Part shown: in pieces, positions 11,131-23,334 of the stretch
Layout of the letters: each line of letters opens with the position of its first letter
Numbering within the stretch: the first letter of the stretch is position 1
DNA from: Octopus bimaculoides
Lineage: Eukaryota
Direction of reading: 5' to 3'
DNA length: 44,953 nt
Assembly: GCF_001194135.2 (NCBI RefSeq)
Contig: NC_069005.1
Span: 29,724,492-29,769,444 of the forward strand
Translations under genes and position numbers: made by a program
The notes under the pieces: model-generated
Database searches by the model: none
Seen by the model: the letters and a program-made list of their open reading frames with translations, nothing else
What the model was told of the DNA's origin: nothing

Positions 11131-11500
11131 TATATATCATCATTGTCATCATCATTGTCGGTGCTACAAGTAACAGCTGACAGTATGAAATGGGAGGAAA
11201 GTTCAGTGCAATCAATTTGAACCATTGAAGGTGGTGCCCCAGCGTGGCCACAGTCCAATGATTGAAACCAGTAAGAGAATAAAGAAAATGATTAAGATTA
11301 CACAGAGCTAACAATAACACCAGCAACAATAGTATTTTTTTTTTATCAGGCAACAGTTAAATAGGTGAAACATGTGAGTACAAAGTCCTCCATAGATGTA
11401 TCATGAAGAGGATGAGGTCAGTAGGGGAAAGGAACCTGTATAATCTTTGTTATTGTAGCACAAGAACATGTAAACAAAGATAGGCAGAGGAGGGGGGAAA

Positions 11501-12290
<790 letters not shown>

Positions 12291-12307
12291 GAAAGAGAAA
12301 GAGAGAG

Positions 12308-12392
12308 AATTTGAACTCAGAGCGTTAAGACAGATAAAACACTGCTAAGGATTTCGCTCGGTGTGCTAACATTTCTGCTATCTCGCCGTCTT
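12308..12392 (-). mobile_element. SINE family B, head fragment
   Basis: Reverse complement aagacggcgagatagcagaaatgttagcacacc...ctgagttcaaatt. Confidence 0.75.
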
Positions 12393-12553
12393 AGTACCCC
12401 TGTAATATCCTCACAGAGAATGCCTTGACTTTTGCTACCCATTTTGCAGTCAACGCTGTTCTTCAGATATTTGGTAAACCTCTCCCAAATCTATCCCCTT
12501 GGATAGATTTGTGTCTCTGGGTCGCTCAGCCATTTGGACATTAATTTCACGAG

Positions 12554-12769
12554 AAGACGGCGAGCTGGCAGAATCGCTAGCACGCCGGGCGAAATGCTTA
12601 GCAGTCTGCCCTTACGTTCTGAGTTCAAATTTCACCGAGATCAACTTTGCCTTTCAACCTTTCAGGATCGATTAAAATAAGTACCAGTTACGCACTGGAT
12701 CGATGCAATCGACTTAATCCCTTTGTCTGTCCCCTCTATGTTTAGCCCCCTGTGGGCAATAAAGAAATA
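12554..12769 (+). mobile_element. Full-length tRNA-headed SINE family B (B2 tail) with 11-bp TSD
   Basis: aagacggcgagctggcagaatcg (A box)...gagttcaaatt (B box)...ctttgcctttcaacctttcaggatcgattaaaataagtacc (Meta/Sauria-SINE-like core, recall)...aataaagaaata. TSD aatttcacgag at 12543-12553 and 12770-12780. Confidence 0.9.
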
Positions 12770-14239
12770 AATTTCACGAGTAACTTGTTCTGATGATTGT
12801 ATCAACTGGAACCCTCATCGTCATAACCAGTTAGTGATGTTGGTGGCATTGGTGGTAAGCAGTAGTAGCAGAATGGAATTGGTGTTGGTGGTGACAAGGG
12901 AATTTCTGAGAAATTTAACCATCATTTTCAAAGCATTAAATTTGTGTGGGTAGATGGGTAGGGGAAAGGTAGTTGTGGTGGCTGAATCTCTCGGAGGACT
13001 ACGTTAAGGGTACACATGTCTGTGGAGTGCTCAGCCACATAGACATTAGTTTCACGAGCAAGCTGTTCCATTGATCGGATCAACTGGAACCCTTGTCGTC
13101 GTAACTGACCGAGGGCCAGCTGTATACATTCTTATACGGTAACGAAGGGGTTAAACAACAGCCATTTATCACAATTGTTATCACAGCTGCTACCATCATA
13201 CGTCTGTAAAACCACCACCACTACACTACAACCACCACTACCGCCACCACCACCACCACCACCGTCATCATAATCATCATCATAGTCACCATTACTATCA
13301 CCAGCGTCCTCATGACTATCATCATCATCCCCCAACCACAGCACCACAATCNNNNNNNNNNNNNNNNNNNNNNNNNNNNNNNNNNNNNNNNNNNNNNNNN
13401 NNNNNNNNNNNNNNNNNNNNNNNNNNNNNNNNNNNNNNNNNNNNNNNNNNNNNNNNNNNNNNNNNNNNNNNNNNNNNNNNNNNNNNNNNNNNNNNNNNNN
13501 NNNNNNNNNNNNNNNNNNNNNNNNNNNNNNNNNNNNNNNNNNNNNNNNNNNNNNNNNNNNNNNNNNNNNNNNNNNNNNNNNNNNNNNNNNNNNNNNNNNN
13601 NNNNNNNNNNNNNNNNNNNNNNNNNNNNNNNNNNNNNNNNNNNNNNNNNNNNNNNNNNNNNNNNNNNNNNNNNNNNNNNNNNNNNNNNNNNNNNNNNNNN
13701 NNNNNNNNNNNNNNNNNNNNNNNNNNNNNNNNNNNNNNNNNNNNNNNNNNNNNNNNNNNNNNNNNNNNNNNNNNNNNNNNNNNNNNNNNNNNNNNNNNNN
13801 NNNNNNNNNNNNNNNNNNNNNNNNNNNNNNNNNNNNNNNNNNNNNATCATCATCACTATCACCCCCACCACCATCACCATCTATTATCATCGTCACTACC
13901 ACCACCACCACCATATCACCATCGCCACTACCGTATTCCCAACTCTGTTACCCTTAATACACACACAGTCACCACCACCACCACCACCACCACCACCAAT
14001 ACCACCACCACCACCACCAATACCATACCTAAGTGTTTCTTACATATTATCCCAGTGATTAGCTTTTCATTACCTAGAATTGATCTGTTTCGGTTTACAA
14101 TGACAGGAGACACAAGTGAAGGATTAACAGATTTTTTAAACGAGAGACTGAACGAGGGATTAAGTTACTCACCCACTCTCCCCCTCTCCCCACCTCTCTC
14201 TCTCACACACACACATCTGACTGTTAATCTCATCTTCCC

Positions 14240-14500
14240 TGTCATATACATATATACATGCATACACACACACACACACACACAAATATATATACACGCA
14301 CATATACATATATATACATATGCATATATACGTACATATGTGTGTATATACATATATATATATATACACACACACATCCATATATATGTACATATGTATG
14401 TGTATACCTATATATATATATACACACACATGCATATATATATATATATACAAACACACACAGACGTATGTATATAATATATATACGTACACACATATAT
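14240..14500. repeat. Compound (TA)/(CA) microsatellite field
   Basis: Mixed tata/caca/taca units. Similar fields at 19020-19230, 25470-26170, 28940-29590, 35420-35850, 38150-38580, 42830-43370. Confidence 0.95.
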
Positions 14501-14867
14501 ACAATTACAGGTGAGATGCAATTACAGGTGAGATGTCACATATCTCTTATATAATTTAATTAAACCTACATTCTAAGCTAACAGTAATGAAAAAGTAATG
14601 GTGGTGGTGGTGGTGGTGGAGTAGGTGTTGGTGTTTCACTTGGTTGAGGTTGGAGGGGTGGGTTGAGACTATGAGCTGGGATGAAACTGGGGGGGGGAGG
14701 ACAAAGATATTAATAGAGGATGGTGGAGGAAGCGGTAATCGTGGAGGGGAGGCATCGCCAAACGTGATAATGATGGAGACAGTATATGTGTGTATGTTTT
14801 GTCAAGCGATGATGGGGGGAGGGCAAACACAGACACACAAACACAAATACATATATATACATATATA

Positions 14868-15030
14868 CGACGGAGTTCTCTCAGTTTCCGTCTACCAGAT
14901 CCACTCACAAGGCTTCGGTCGGCCCAAGGCTTTTGTAGAAGACACTTGCCCAGGGTGTCACGGAGTGGGACTGAACCCAGAACCATGTGGTTGGGAAGCA
15001 AGCTTCTTACCACACAGCCACGCCTGCGCC
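14868..15030 (-). mobile_element. tRNA-headed SINE family A, 5' module
   Basis: Minus strand ggcgcaggcgtggctgtgtggtaagaagc (A box)...gggttcagtccc (B box)...caccctgggcaagtgtcttctac (CORE-like)...gtgagtggatctggtagacggaaactga. Confidence 0.9.
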
Positions 15031-15069
15031 TATATCATGACCTTCTTTGAATGTTTAGGGAGTGGTTGC

Positions 15070-15240
15070 CAGTCGACTAGATCGACGCCAGTACGCAACT
15101 GGTACTTAATTTATCGAAGCAGAAAAGCTGAAAGGCAAAAGTCGATCTCGGCAGAATTTGAACTCAGAACATAAAGACAGGTGAAATACAGGTAAACATT
15201 TTGCCCGGTGCGCTAACGTTTCTGCCAGCTCGCCGCCTTG
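15070..15240 (-). mobile_element. SINE family B
   Basis: Reverse complement caaggcggcgagctggcagaaacgttagcgcacc...gagttcaaattctgccgagatcgacttttgcctttca...taagtaccagttgcgtactggcgtcga. Confidence 0.85.
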
Positions 15241-16163
15241 ACTTCCTTTCAGTTTCTGTCTACCAAATCCACTCGCAAAGCTTTTGTCGACCCGAGGCCT
15301 ATNNNNNNNNNNNNNNNNNNNNNNNNNNNNNNNNNNNNNNNNNNNNNNNNNNNNNNNNNNNNNNNNNNNNNNNNNNNNNNNNNNNNNNNNNNNNNNNNNN
15401 NNNNNNNNNNNNNNNNNNNNNNNNNNNNNNNNNNNNNNNNNNNNNNNNNNNNNNNNNNNNNNNNNNNNNNNNNNNNNNNNNNNNNNNNNNNNNNNNNNNN
15501 NNNNNNNNNNNNNNNNNNNNNNNNNNNNNNNNNNNNNNNNNNNNNNNNNNNNNNNNNNNNNNNNNNNNNNNNNNNNNNNNNNNNNNNNNNNNNNNNNNNN
15601 NNNNNNNNNNNNNNNNNNNNNNNNNNNNNNNNNNNNNNNNNNNNNNNNNNNNNNNNNNNNNNNNNNNNNNNNNNNNNNNNNNNNNNNNNNNNNNNNNNNN
15701 NNNNNNNNNNNNNNNNNNNNNNNNNNNNNNNNNNNNNNNNNNNNNNNNNNNNNNNNNNNNNNNNNNNNNNNNNNNNNNNNNNNNNNNNNNNNNNNNNNNN
15801 NNNNNNNNNNNNNNNNNNNNNNNNNNNNNNNNNNNNNNNNNNNNNNNNNNNNNNNNNNNNNNNNNNNNNNNNNNNNNNNNNNNNNNNNNNNNNNNNNNNN
15901 NNNNNNNNNNNNNNNNNNNNNNNNNNNNNNNNNNNNNNNNNNNNNNNNNNNNNNNNNNNNNNNNNNNNNNNNNNNNNNNNNNNNNNNNNNNNNNNNNNNN
16001 NNNNNNNNCACACACACACACACACACACGCGCGCGCCAGAAAAAAAAAACCCGCCAGTCCAGATGTGTAAGAGATTCTTAACGAAACACTAACTCTTTC
16101 TTTTATTGGTCCACATTAAAGAAACTTGACTGCAATGACGTAATTTAAGGATAACTTATTAAT

Positions 16164-16208
<45 letters not shown>

Positions 16209-16987
16209 GCACGAACAATCGCAGGGTGCATACGTACATGCATAGATACATGCACGCATGCACACAGATGCAGACGCATATACGCAAATAGTGCACAGAC
16301 ACGTAACACATACGAGCATACACGCACATACACACATACACCCGCAATAATACGCAGTTACACATATAAACACTTTTATGGGCGTAAAAGTTTAATTTTC
16401 CGAATTAACAAAACATATCTAGTGCCAAAAATAACACACACACACACACACATACATACATACACACGATCGTTCACACTCTCACAAACAGATACATATA
16501 CATCGTAGCATAAACAAAACAAAAAAAACTTTCACACACACACACATACAAACTGCCCTAACTTCCGCGAATCCCAACACAAAAACGTACACGACGTAAA
16601 TAAATAAAAGAAAAAGCACTTTTCATGCACACACACGTATACGTACACTTTCATATACACACACGTAAAATTATTCTTGCTCTTACAAACATAGCGCNNN
16701 NNNNNNNNNNNNNNNNNNNNNNNNNNNNNNNNNNNCCCCCCCGAAAAAAACCACATTCTGACACACACACTCGCGCGCGCGCATATAAAAGCAACCACAC
16801 TCATTCTCACAAATACACACACAAACTAACACACACACTCTCTCTCTTTTTCTTTGTTAACCTTTCTAATATTGTTTTCTGCTTTTTGGGTGTGAGTTTG
16901 TGTAGATCAGTCCATATCTACTTCTCATGCAAAAAAAATGGGTTCGAAAGGTCAGTAAATATTTAAATATTTTTGCATATACAAAGA

Positions 16988-17152
16988 GGCACAGGCGTAG
17001 CCGTGGGGTAAGAAGCTTGCTTCCCAACGACATAGTGTCGGGTTCAGTTCCACTACATGGCACCTTGGTGAAATATCTCCTACTAGAGTCTTGGACCGAC
17101 TAAAGCTTTGCGAGTGGATTTGGTAGAAAGGAAACTGAAAGAAGCCCATCAT
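16988..17152 (+). mobile_element. SINE family A, 5' module
   Basis: Same head, CORE-like segment and gagtggatttggtag...gaaagaagccc body as 14868-15030. Another copy at 19232-19374(-). Confidence 0.85.
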
Positions 17153-17159
17153 ATATGCA

Positions 17160-17957
17160 CAGGGTGCGATGGGTAAATTGTCGCCATTTTATATTTTTAA
17201 TTTCATGCATGTGCATTGTTCATTTTCCATTTTGTCGACTGCACAGTATGGTAGGGTCAGTTGGGCACTGTCTGCGACAAAAACAGCACCATGACGCAAT
17301 TCACTCTGCCAGAAATTTGGAAATGACATGTAGTACTGCTTAGCATTCATGCCGGAAGCGCCTATATGAACACTTCAGAGTGTTTGGGTGTCATCTGAAG
17401 TCAGTGCAATCTGAGAACATGTATGGAGAGTCATAAAAAAAATCAAATATTCAATCAACATCATAGTGTTTGGAGTGATCACTAGTAATGGCAACATTAT
17501 GCCTCCATTCATCTTCCCACACGGCCTCAGACTCAACACAGAGGTCTACATCAAGTGCATGGAGGAGGTAGTGCTGCTCTGGGTGAAGAGGGTTGCTGCT
17601 GGAAGACCCTATGTCTGGCAACAGGACTCTGCACCATGCCGCAATTTCTGCGACCACATCATCCCTAACATCTGGCTACCTAACTGCCCAGACTGCAACC
17701 CACCTTAATTATTATGTGTGGGGTGCAGTTACGCGAGAGACCAACAAAACTCCTTGTAACACCAAAGACGAACTGAGGGCAAGGGTTATGGCAGCATTCA
17801 CCAACTTAAACCGGGAGACTGTCCAGAAGAATTGCAGAAGTTTCCGAAATCGTCTGGAGGCCATGGTTGAAGCCAATGGCAATTTTATTGAATAAATTTG
17901 CTCTTTAGTATTTCAAGATATTTTCATGTAATTTTGTAAAATATATCTATTAAAATG
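17160..17957 (+). mobile_element. Tc1/mariner superfamily, maT (DD37D)-like transposon, internally deleted and dead
   Basis: Left end cagggtgcgatgggtaaattgtcgccatttta. Degraded N-terminus from ATG 17291 (MTQFTLPEIWK*HVVLLSIHAG...SECLGV). Catalytic region IVFGVITSNGNIMPPFIFPHGL...WQQDSAPC...NIWLPNCPDCNP, +1 frameshift, then LNYYVWGAV...KDELRARV...RLEAMVEANGNFIE* ending 17895. Confidence 0.85.
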
Positions 17958-18480
17958 TCATGATTAAGCTGGTGGAAAGTGTTAATTTAGATCACTGAGA
18001 CCATCCCTAGATCTATGATATAAACTTCATGCTTTAAAAGGATCTGAAGTAAAACCCTAACAAAAGGGTTAAATAATCGACATTAAAGCCTTATCAAAAT
18101 TTCATGTTAACTCGTCATCCAAATAACAGCTTAATGAAGACAAACTTATTTTATCAAATTCTTTTTTATTATATTGTTATATTTGGGGATGGTCATATTT
18201 TTTGCCAATTAACCACACACACACACTATATATTTGATCTTCACTTCAGCTTTATAATTATTCCTATTTTAGTGTCCTTTTGAAAATAGTGGAGAATTTA
18301 GAAAAATAATTTTGTCGTTATAAAGCTGGTGGAAGGTTTTAATTTAGATCACTTTAAAACAAGGAAGTTTGTGTCATTGGACAAGGACTGGTTTTAGGTG
18401 GGTTGGCATGAAGAGGGCTAACCCTTTTGTTACCATATTCCTGTTGAAACACATTGTCTTTGTTTCAGTTAATTTTGAGG
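17958..18480. mobile_element. Fragments of TTAA-flanked non-autonomous DNA elements (piggyBac-type CCCT/AGGG ends)
   Basis: agggTTAA at 18065-18072 and ctaacccttttgttacc at 18418-18434. Internal repeat aagctggtggaa.gt.ttaatttagatcact near 17965 and 18322. Similar agggttaa ends at 13138-13154 and 22757-22764. Confidence 0.45.
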
Positions 18481-18660
18481 ACTAAACAGAACAGGAAGTG
18501 ACACATGGGATGGAGAGTCACTGAAGAGGTCACTGAGGAGGTCACAGGACGTGTGACGAAAGATTTTAGACAAAGTTGGACTGCCTTCGATCATCATTTC
18601 TTCCTGACCATGGCTGACCCATGGGGCTGAACAACAACAAAACCAGTAGGAATATAACAG
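18469..18660 (+). other. Candidate 192-nt exon, non-coding or 5'-UTR plus short start
   Basis: tgtctttgtttcAG| acceptor and CAG|GTAAGA donor. No frame is open across it; ATG 18621 gives MGLNNNKTSRNIT then phase 1. Confidence 0.3.
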
Positions 18661-18930
18661 GTAAGACAAAAAAAATACTTACATGCTTAGAAAAAAGAGA
18701 ATAACACTAAATATAATTGCAATGAAATCCATATTAACGAACTCCAATAACGAGACAAGGACATTTGCGATACAAATTTATGCTGTTGTGGTTGCTGTTT
18801 GTTCTATCTTGTCTGTCCCCCCTGTTTTGACAATGATCGTTATCGATAACTGAATGGGAACAATTAAAAAGTGAATGTAATCTTTGCTTGAATAAAAGAA
18901 AAATGATTGGTTAATCCAGTACAACACAAT

Positions 18931-18981
<51 letters not shown>

Positions 18982-19040
18982 GGGTAACTTTAATCTTGAC
19001 TCATCAGACTTCATGTGCACAAATTTATATACACAGATAC

Positions 19041-19076
<36 letters not shown>

Positions 19077-20711
19077 GCATACACACATACATACACACAC
19101 TTAGGCATATACATACATATACACATATATATACGTACACACACTAATACATATACACATACAAACACACACATACATATACATACACACACTTATACAT
19201 ACATATATATACATACATATACACATACACACAGTTTCCGTCTACCAAATCCACTCACAAGGCTTTGGTCAGCCCGAGGCTATAGTAGAAGACACTTGCC
19301 CAAGGTGCCATGCAGTGGGACTGAACCTGGGACCATGTGGTTGGTAAGCAAGCTACTTACCACACAGCCACTCCTTAATTTTTTTATTAATAAATAATAA
19401 TTTATTAATTATCTCTTTATGTTCTTATCTTATATATANNNNNNNNNNNNNNNNNNNNNNNNNNNNNNNNNNNNNNNNNNNNNNNNNNNNNNNNNNNNNN
19501 NNNNNNNNNNNNNNNNNNNNNNNNNNNNNNNNNNNNNNNNNNNNNNNNNNNNNNNNNNNNNNNNNNNNNNNNNNNNNNNNNNNNNNNNNNNNNNNNNNNN
19601 NNNNNNNNNNNNNNNNNNNNNNNNNNNNNNNNNNNNNNNNNNNNNNNNNNNNNNNNNNNNNNNNNNNNNNNNNNNNNNNNNNNNNNNNNNNNNNNNNNNN
19701 NNNNNNNNNNNNNNNNNNNNNNNNNNNNNNNNNNNNNNNNNNNNNNNNNNNNNNNNNNNNNNNNNNNNNNNNNNNNNNNNNNNNNNNNNNNNNNNNNNNN
19801 NNNNNNNNNNNNNNNNNNNNNNNNNNNNNNNNNNNNNNNNNNNNNNNNNNNNNNNNNNNNNNNNNNNNNNNNNNNNNNNNNNNNNNNNNNNNNNNNNNNN
19901 NNNNNNNNNNNNNNNNNNNNNNNNNNNNNNNNNNNNNNNNNNNNNNNNNNNNNNNNNNNNNNNNNNNNNNNNNNNNNNNNNNNNNNNNNNNNNNNNNNNN
20001 NNNNNNNNNNNNNNNNNNNNNNNNNNNNNNNNNNNNNNNNNNNNNNNNNNNNNNNNNNNNNNNNNNNNNNNNNNNNNNNNNNNNNNNNNNNNNNNNNNNN
20101 NNNNNNNNNNNNNNNNNNNNNNNNNNNNNNNNNNNNNNNNTATATATATATCAGCTGTAGAAACTCTGCCAAATCAGACTGGAGCCTGGTGTTGCCATCC
20201 GGTTTCACCAGTCCTCAGTCAAATCGTCCAACCCATGCTAGCATGGAAAGCGGACGTTAAACGATGATGATGATGATGATGATATGACTGTGTAAGTGTG
20301 TTAAAGGGGTATTTTCATTTACCTGGTTAAATTTGCAATACACACCGTATTCAGTTTATTTATTTATTTTAGTTATCTGCTAATCAAAATGACAGTTGTA
20401 TAACTGGTAGCACTGGGCTGGTAGGGCGAACCTAATTCACCTGAATGAAGACACCTGATAGGTAAAGCCGACCTTGCTCACCTGAAAACTCTGGGGTATT
20501 TCTGTTCAGTTGCATGCCATTGTGGTTTGTAATGTCTCCAACAATTTAAGAAAATAATTAGTAAACTATGAAAGGAACTCAATTGACAAAAGTTTTGTCG
20601 AAAACCATTCTTGCTAGGAATTTATGTATAAGGCAAAGTAAAGACTTTATAGAATATATAATAAATTTGCATAATAGGCATTTTGTTATTTCTATACAAC
20701 ATAAACTATAC

Positions 20712-20755
<44 letters not shown>

Positions 20756-20814
20756 GTATGTATGTATGTGTATATATATATATATAGGTATATATACAAA
20801 TATATATATACATG

Positions 20815-21165
20815 ATGGCCATCCACTCATGACCGAGGAACACCATTGCCGACCTTCAGAAACATTGTGCGCTCTAGGACTAACTTATATTTTGCATTTG
20901 CAGCTCTGTTGGTGGCTAATGAGCCCTGCTTTTGACAAGCATACATGACTGCAAACATTGCAGACTAAGCTTCCCTAACCCCTACTCCTCATGAAACAAT
21001 TTCATCAATTGGATTTTCTGGATTTCAGCTGCATGGACCCTCTATATTGGACACTTCTCTGTATTGGATCACCATGTCATCTGATAGCAGAGTCCAATAG
21101 AGGAGCCTTATGTGATAACTACATGAATCTCTTCTGAATCCATATCTTATACTACAAGAGAGAAA
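20815..21165 (-). mobile_element. RTE-clade LINE 3' end, 5'-truncated
   Basis: Minus strand CNVCSHVCLSKAGLISHQQSC (about 20962-20900) matches the RTE ORF2 C-terminal C2H/C zinc-finger pattern CxxCxRxCxSxxGLxSHxxxC. A short 3' UTR follows; upstream frames are broken. Confidence 0.75.
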
Positions 21166-21175
21166 GAGAGACACG

Positions 21176-21211
<36 letters not shown>

Positions 21212-21984
21212 NNNNNNNNNNNNNNNNNNNNNNNNNNNNNNNNNNNNNNNNNNNNNNNNNNNNNNNNNNNNNNNNNNNNNNNNNNNNNNNNNNNNNNNNN
21301 NNNNNNNNNNNNNNNNNNNNNNNNNNNNNNNNNNNNNNNNNNNNNNNNNNNNNNNNNNNNNNNNNNNNNNNNNNNNNNNNNNNNNNNNNNNNNNNNNNNN
21401 NNNNNNNNNNNNNNNNNNNNNNNNNNNNNNNNNNNNNNNNNNNNNNNNNNNNNNNNNNNNNNNNNNNNNNNNNNNNNNNNNNNNNNNNNNNNNNNNNNNN
21501 TGTGTGTGTGTGTGTGTGTTTTAAATGAGGTTAACACCAGTGTGTAATGCATAGCTAACATATGTTTTAGAAGATTTTCATGACTTGTTTGAATTCATCC
21601 TTTGTCTTACACTTTCATATTACATTTCCTATGGTCATGGTCCATTGAGTGGCTTATCAGCCCATTTCATGATTTCTTCTCAAAAATATCACATTCCATT
21701 AAAATTCTTTCGCTCAATTAATTCATTAATACCTTTAATTAGTGTGTGAAACTCAAGATCGACGTTAATACGACAGGGAAAGGGGTAAGTCACTTCTGTT
21801 TGAAAGCAGATATCAACGTGGCTATCAATTTCATCATTTGCGTTTGAACTTTTAAAACATATCCACAGCTACGGTTATATTTAAATACACCTGTACGTAC
21901 AGGTATTTTTAATACACACTTGTCTTTTACTCGTTTCAGTCGTTGGACTGTGGCTCTAGAGTCAATGAAATTTACCAGTCAAAC

Positions 21985-22266
21985 ACCAGTAACCGGCCCC
22001 TCCCCGAAAATTTCAAATCTTGTGCCTGTAGTTGAAAGGATTATAATAATTAATAATGCAAACTGGTTTCAAATTTTGGCACAATGCCAGCAATTTCCTG
22101 GGAGTTGGGTAAGTCAATTACATCGACCCCAGTGCTCAATTTGTATTTATTCTATTCACCCCGTAATAAGTCAACTTTGGTGGAATTTGAACTCAGAACC
22201 TAAAGATAGATAAAATACCTGCTAAGCATTTTGCCTATCATGCTAACAATTCTGCCAGCTCACAGC
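21985..22266 (-). mobile_element. SINE family B (B1 tail)
   Basis: Reverse complement of head gagctggcagaattgttagcatg...gagttcaaattccacc, core and the ccaaaattt...ggccttgtgcc tail. An extra tail copy at 21985-22035 lies in the opposite (+) orientation. Confidence 0.75.
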
Positions 22267-22277
22267 TGTTTAGGAAT

Positions 22278-22656
22278 CACTAACATAGCTAGAATGTGTG
22301 CCACCAGGGGTGGCCCTTCTGTTTGCCACCCCCAGACCCCACAAAAAAAAAAAACCCCAAATATTTATTTCTTTATTGCTCACAGTGGGGCTAAACATAG
22401 AGGGGACAAACAAGGACAGACAAAGGGATTAAGTTGATTACATCGACTCCAGGGTGTAACTGGTACTTATTTAATCGACCCCGAAAGGATGAAAGGCAAA
22501 GTCAACCTCAGCGGAATTTGAACTCAGAACACAAAGACAGATGAAATACTGCTAAGCATTTCGGCCGGTGTGCTAACGCTTCTGCCTACAGCAGACCCAA
22601 AAGTGCTGCCCAGGATTGACTGCCCCCTACTGCCCCCCTCCCTAACTATGCTAGTG
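22278..22656. mobile_element. hAT MITE (15-bp TIR, 8-bp TSD) interrupted by a family-B SINE
   Basis: TIRs cactaacatagctag / ctaactatgctagtg; flanks ttaggaat (22270-22277) and ttgggaat (22657-22664), 7/8 match. Family-B2 SINE (minus) at about 22357-22588. Confidence 0.8.
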
Positions 22657-22822
22657 TTGGGAATGTAAATTAAAACCAAGTTTTAACTTCAACTGCTTTC
22701 AAAGAGAAAGTTTGTATTGTATAAGCAAGAGTGGTCTTAGACAGGCTGTTATCAGAAGGGTTAAAAAAAGAACGGCTGAATTAGATAACAGTTGGCAGAA
22801 TCATTAGACTTTGCTAATTTAC

Positions 22823-22854
22823 CATCAAAATAACGATCAGGTCATTTCAATTGG
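22823..22854 (-). other. Candidate 32-nt exon, UTR-like, ending in ATG
   Basis: About 50-nt polypyrimidine tract ...cgttttcccgtcttcttttgtttgcAG| CCAATTGAAATGACCTGATCGTTATTTTGATG |GTAAAT. Stops in all three frames. Confidence 0.4.
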
Positions 22855-23299
22855 CTGCAAACAAAAGAAGACGGGAAAACGAAAAAAAAGAAAGAAAAGA
22901 ATGAAAATCCATGGCCTTGTGTGTTAAAATTAGAAATAAGTTATTCAATGAACTTGAATCTGGTGTAAGTTGTAACAAACTATATGACCTCATGGTACCA
23001 ATTTGGAAGTCATTGGACAGGGCCTGATTGTGAGCTAAGCAATTCTTGGCAATGGTAACAGGAGCTTAATGCCAGTCATTGAACGAAAACAAATGATTGA
23101 CTTTCTCAATGCTACCCTGACAACCGACCAATGAAATTCTGCTGACTACACAAAAGACAATTTCAGACCGGTAATCTTTTTATTTTAAACTCGAATTTGG
23201 GCTAATGCCCGGAGAAATACTTGTCTTCACAAAACTTAACAGGAGATTCAACTCACTCGACTATTACTGTATTTTTTTGTTTCTTTATTTTGAATTTCA

Positions 23300-23334
<35 letters not shown>

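Noticed and set aside
12554-12630. tRNA genes at the A-box/B-box heads
   Set aside because: All run into SINE bodies and occur as many diverged copies, so they are SINE heads.
20310-20490. AG|GT sites as recursive splice points (also near 5708 and 38697)
   Set aside because: Weak tracts or weak regenerated donors; not distinguishable from background without nascent RNA data.
21025-21165. Minus-strand exon after the (CT)n...tgtag acceptor
   Set aside because: The downstream sequence is an RTE LINE end; the pyrimidine tract is a microsatellite.
21766-21776. taatacgac, similar to the T7 promoter
   Set aside because: Only 9 nt match and CTCACTATAG is absent.
21889-21904. 16-bp perfect palindrome acctgtacgtacaggt
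   Set aside because: About 0.5 expected by chance in this much sequence (roughly 35,000/4^8).
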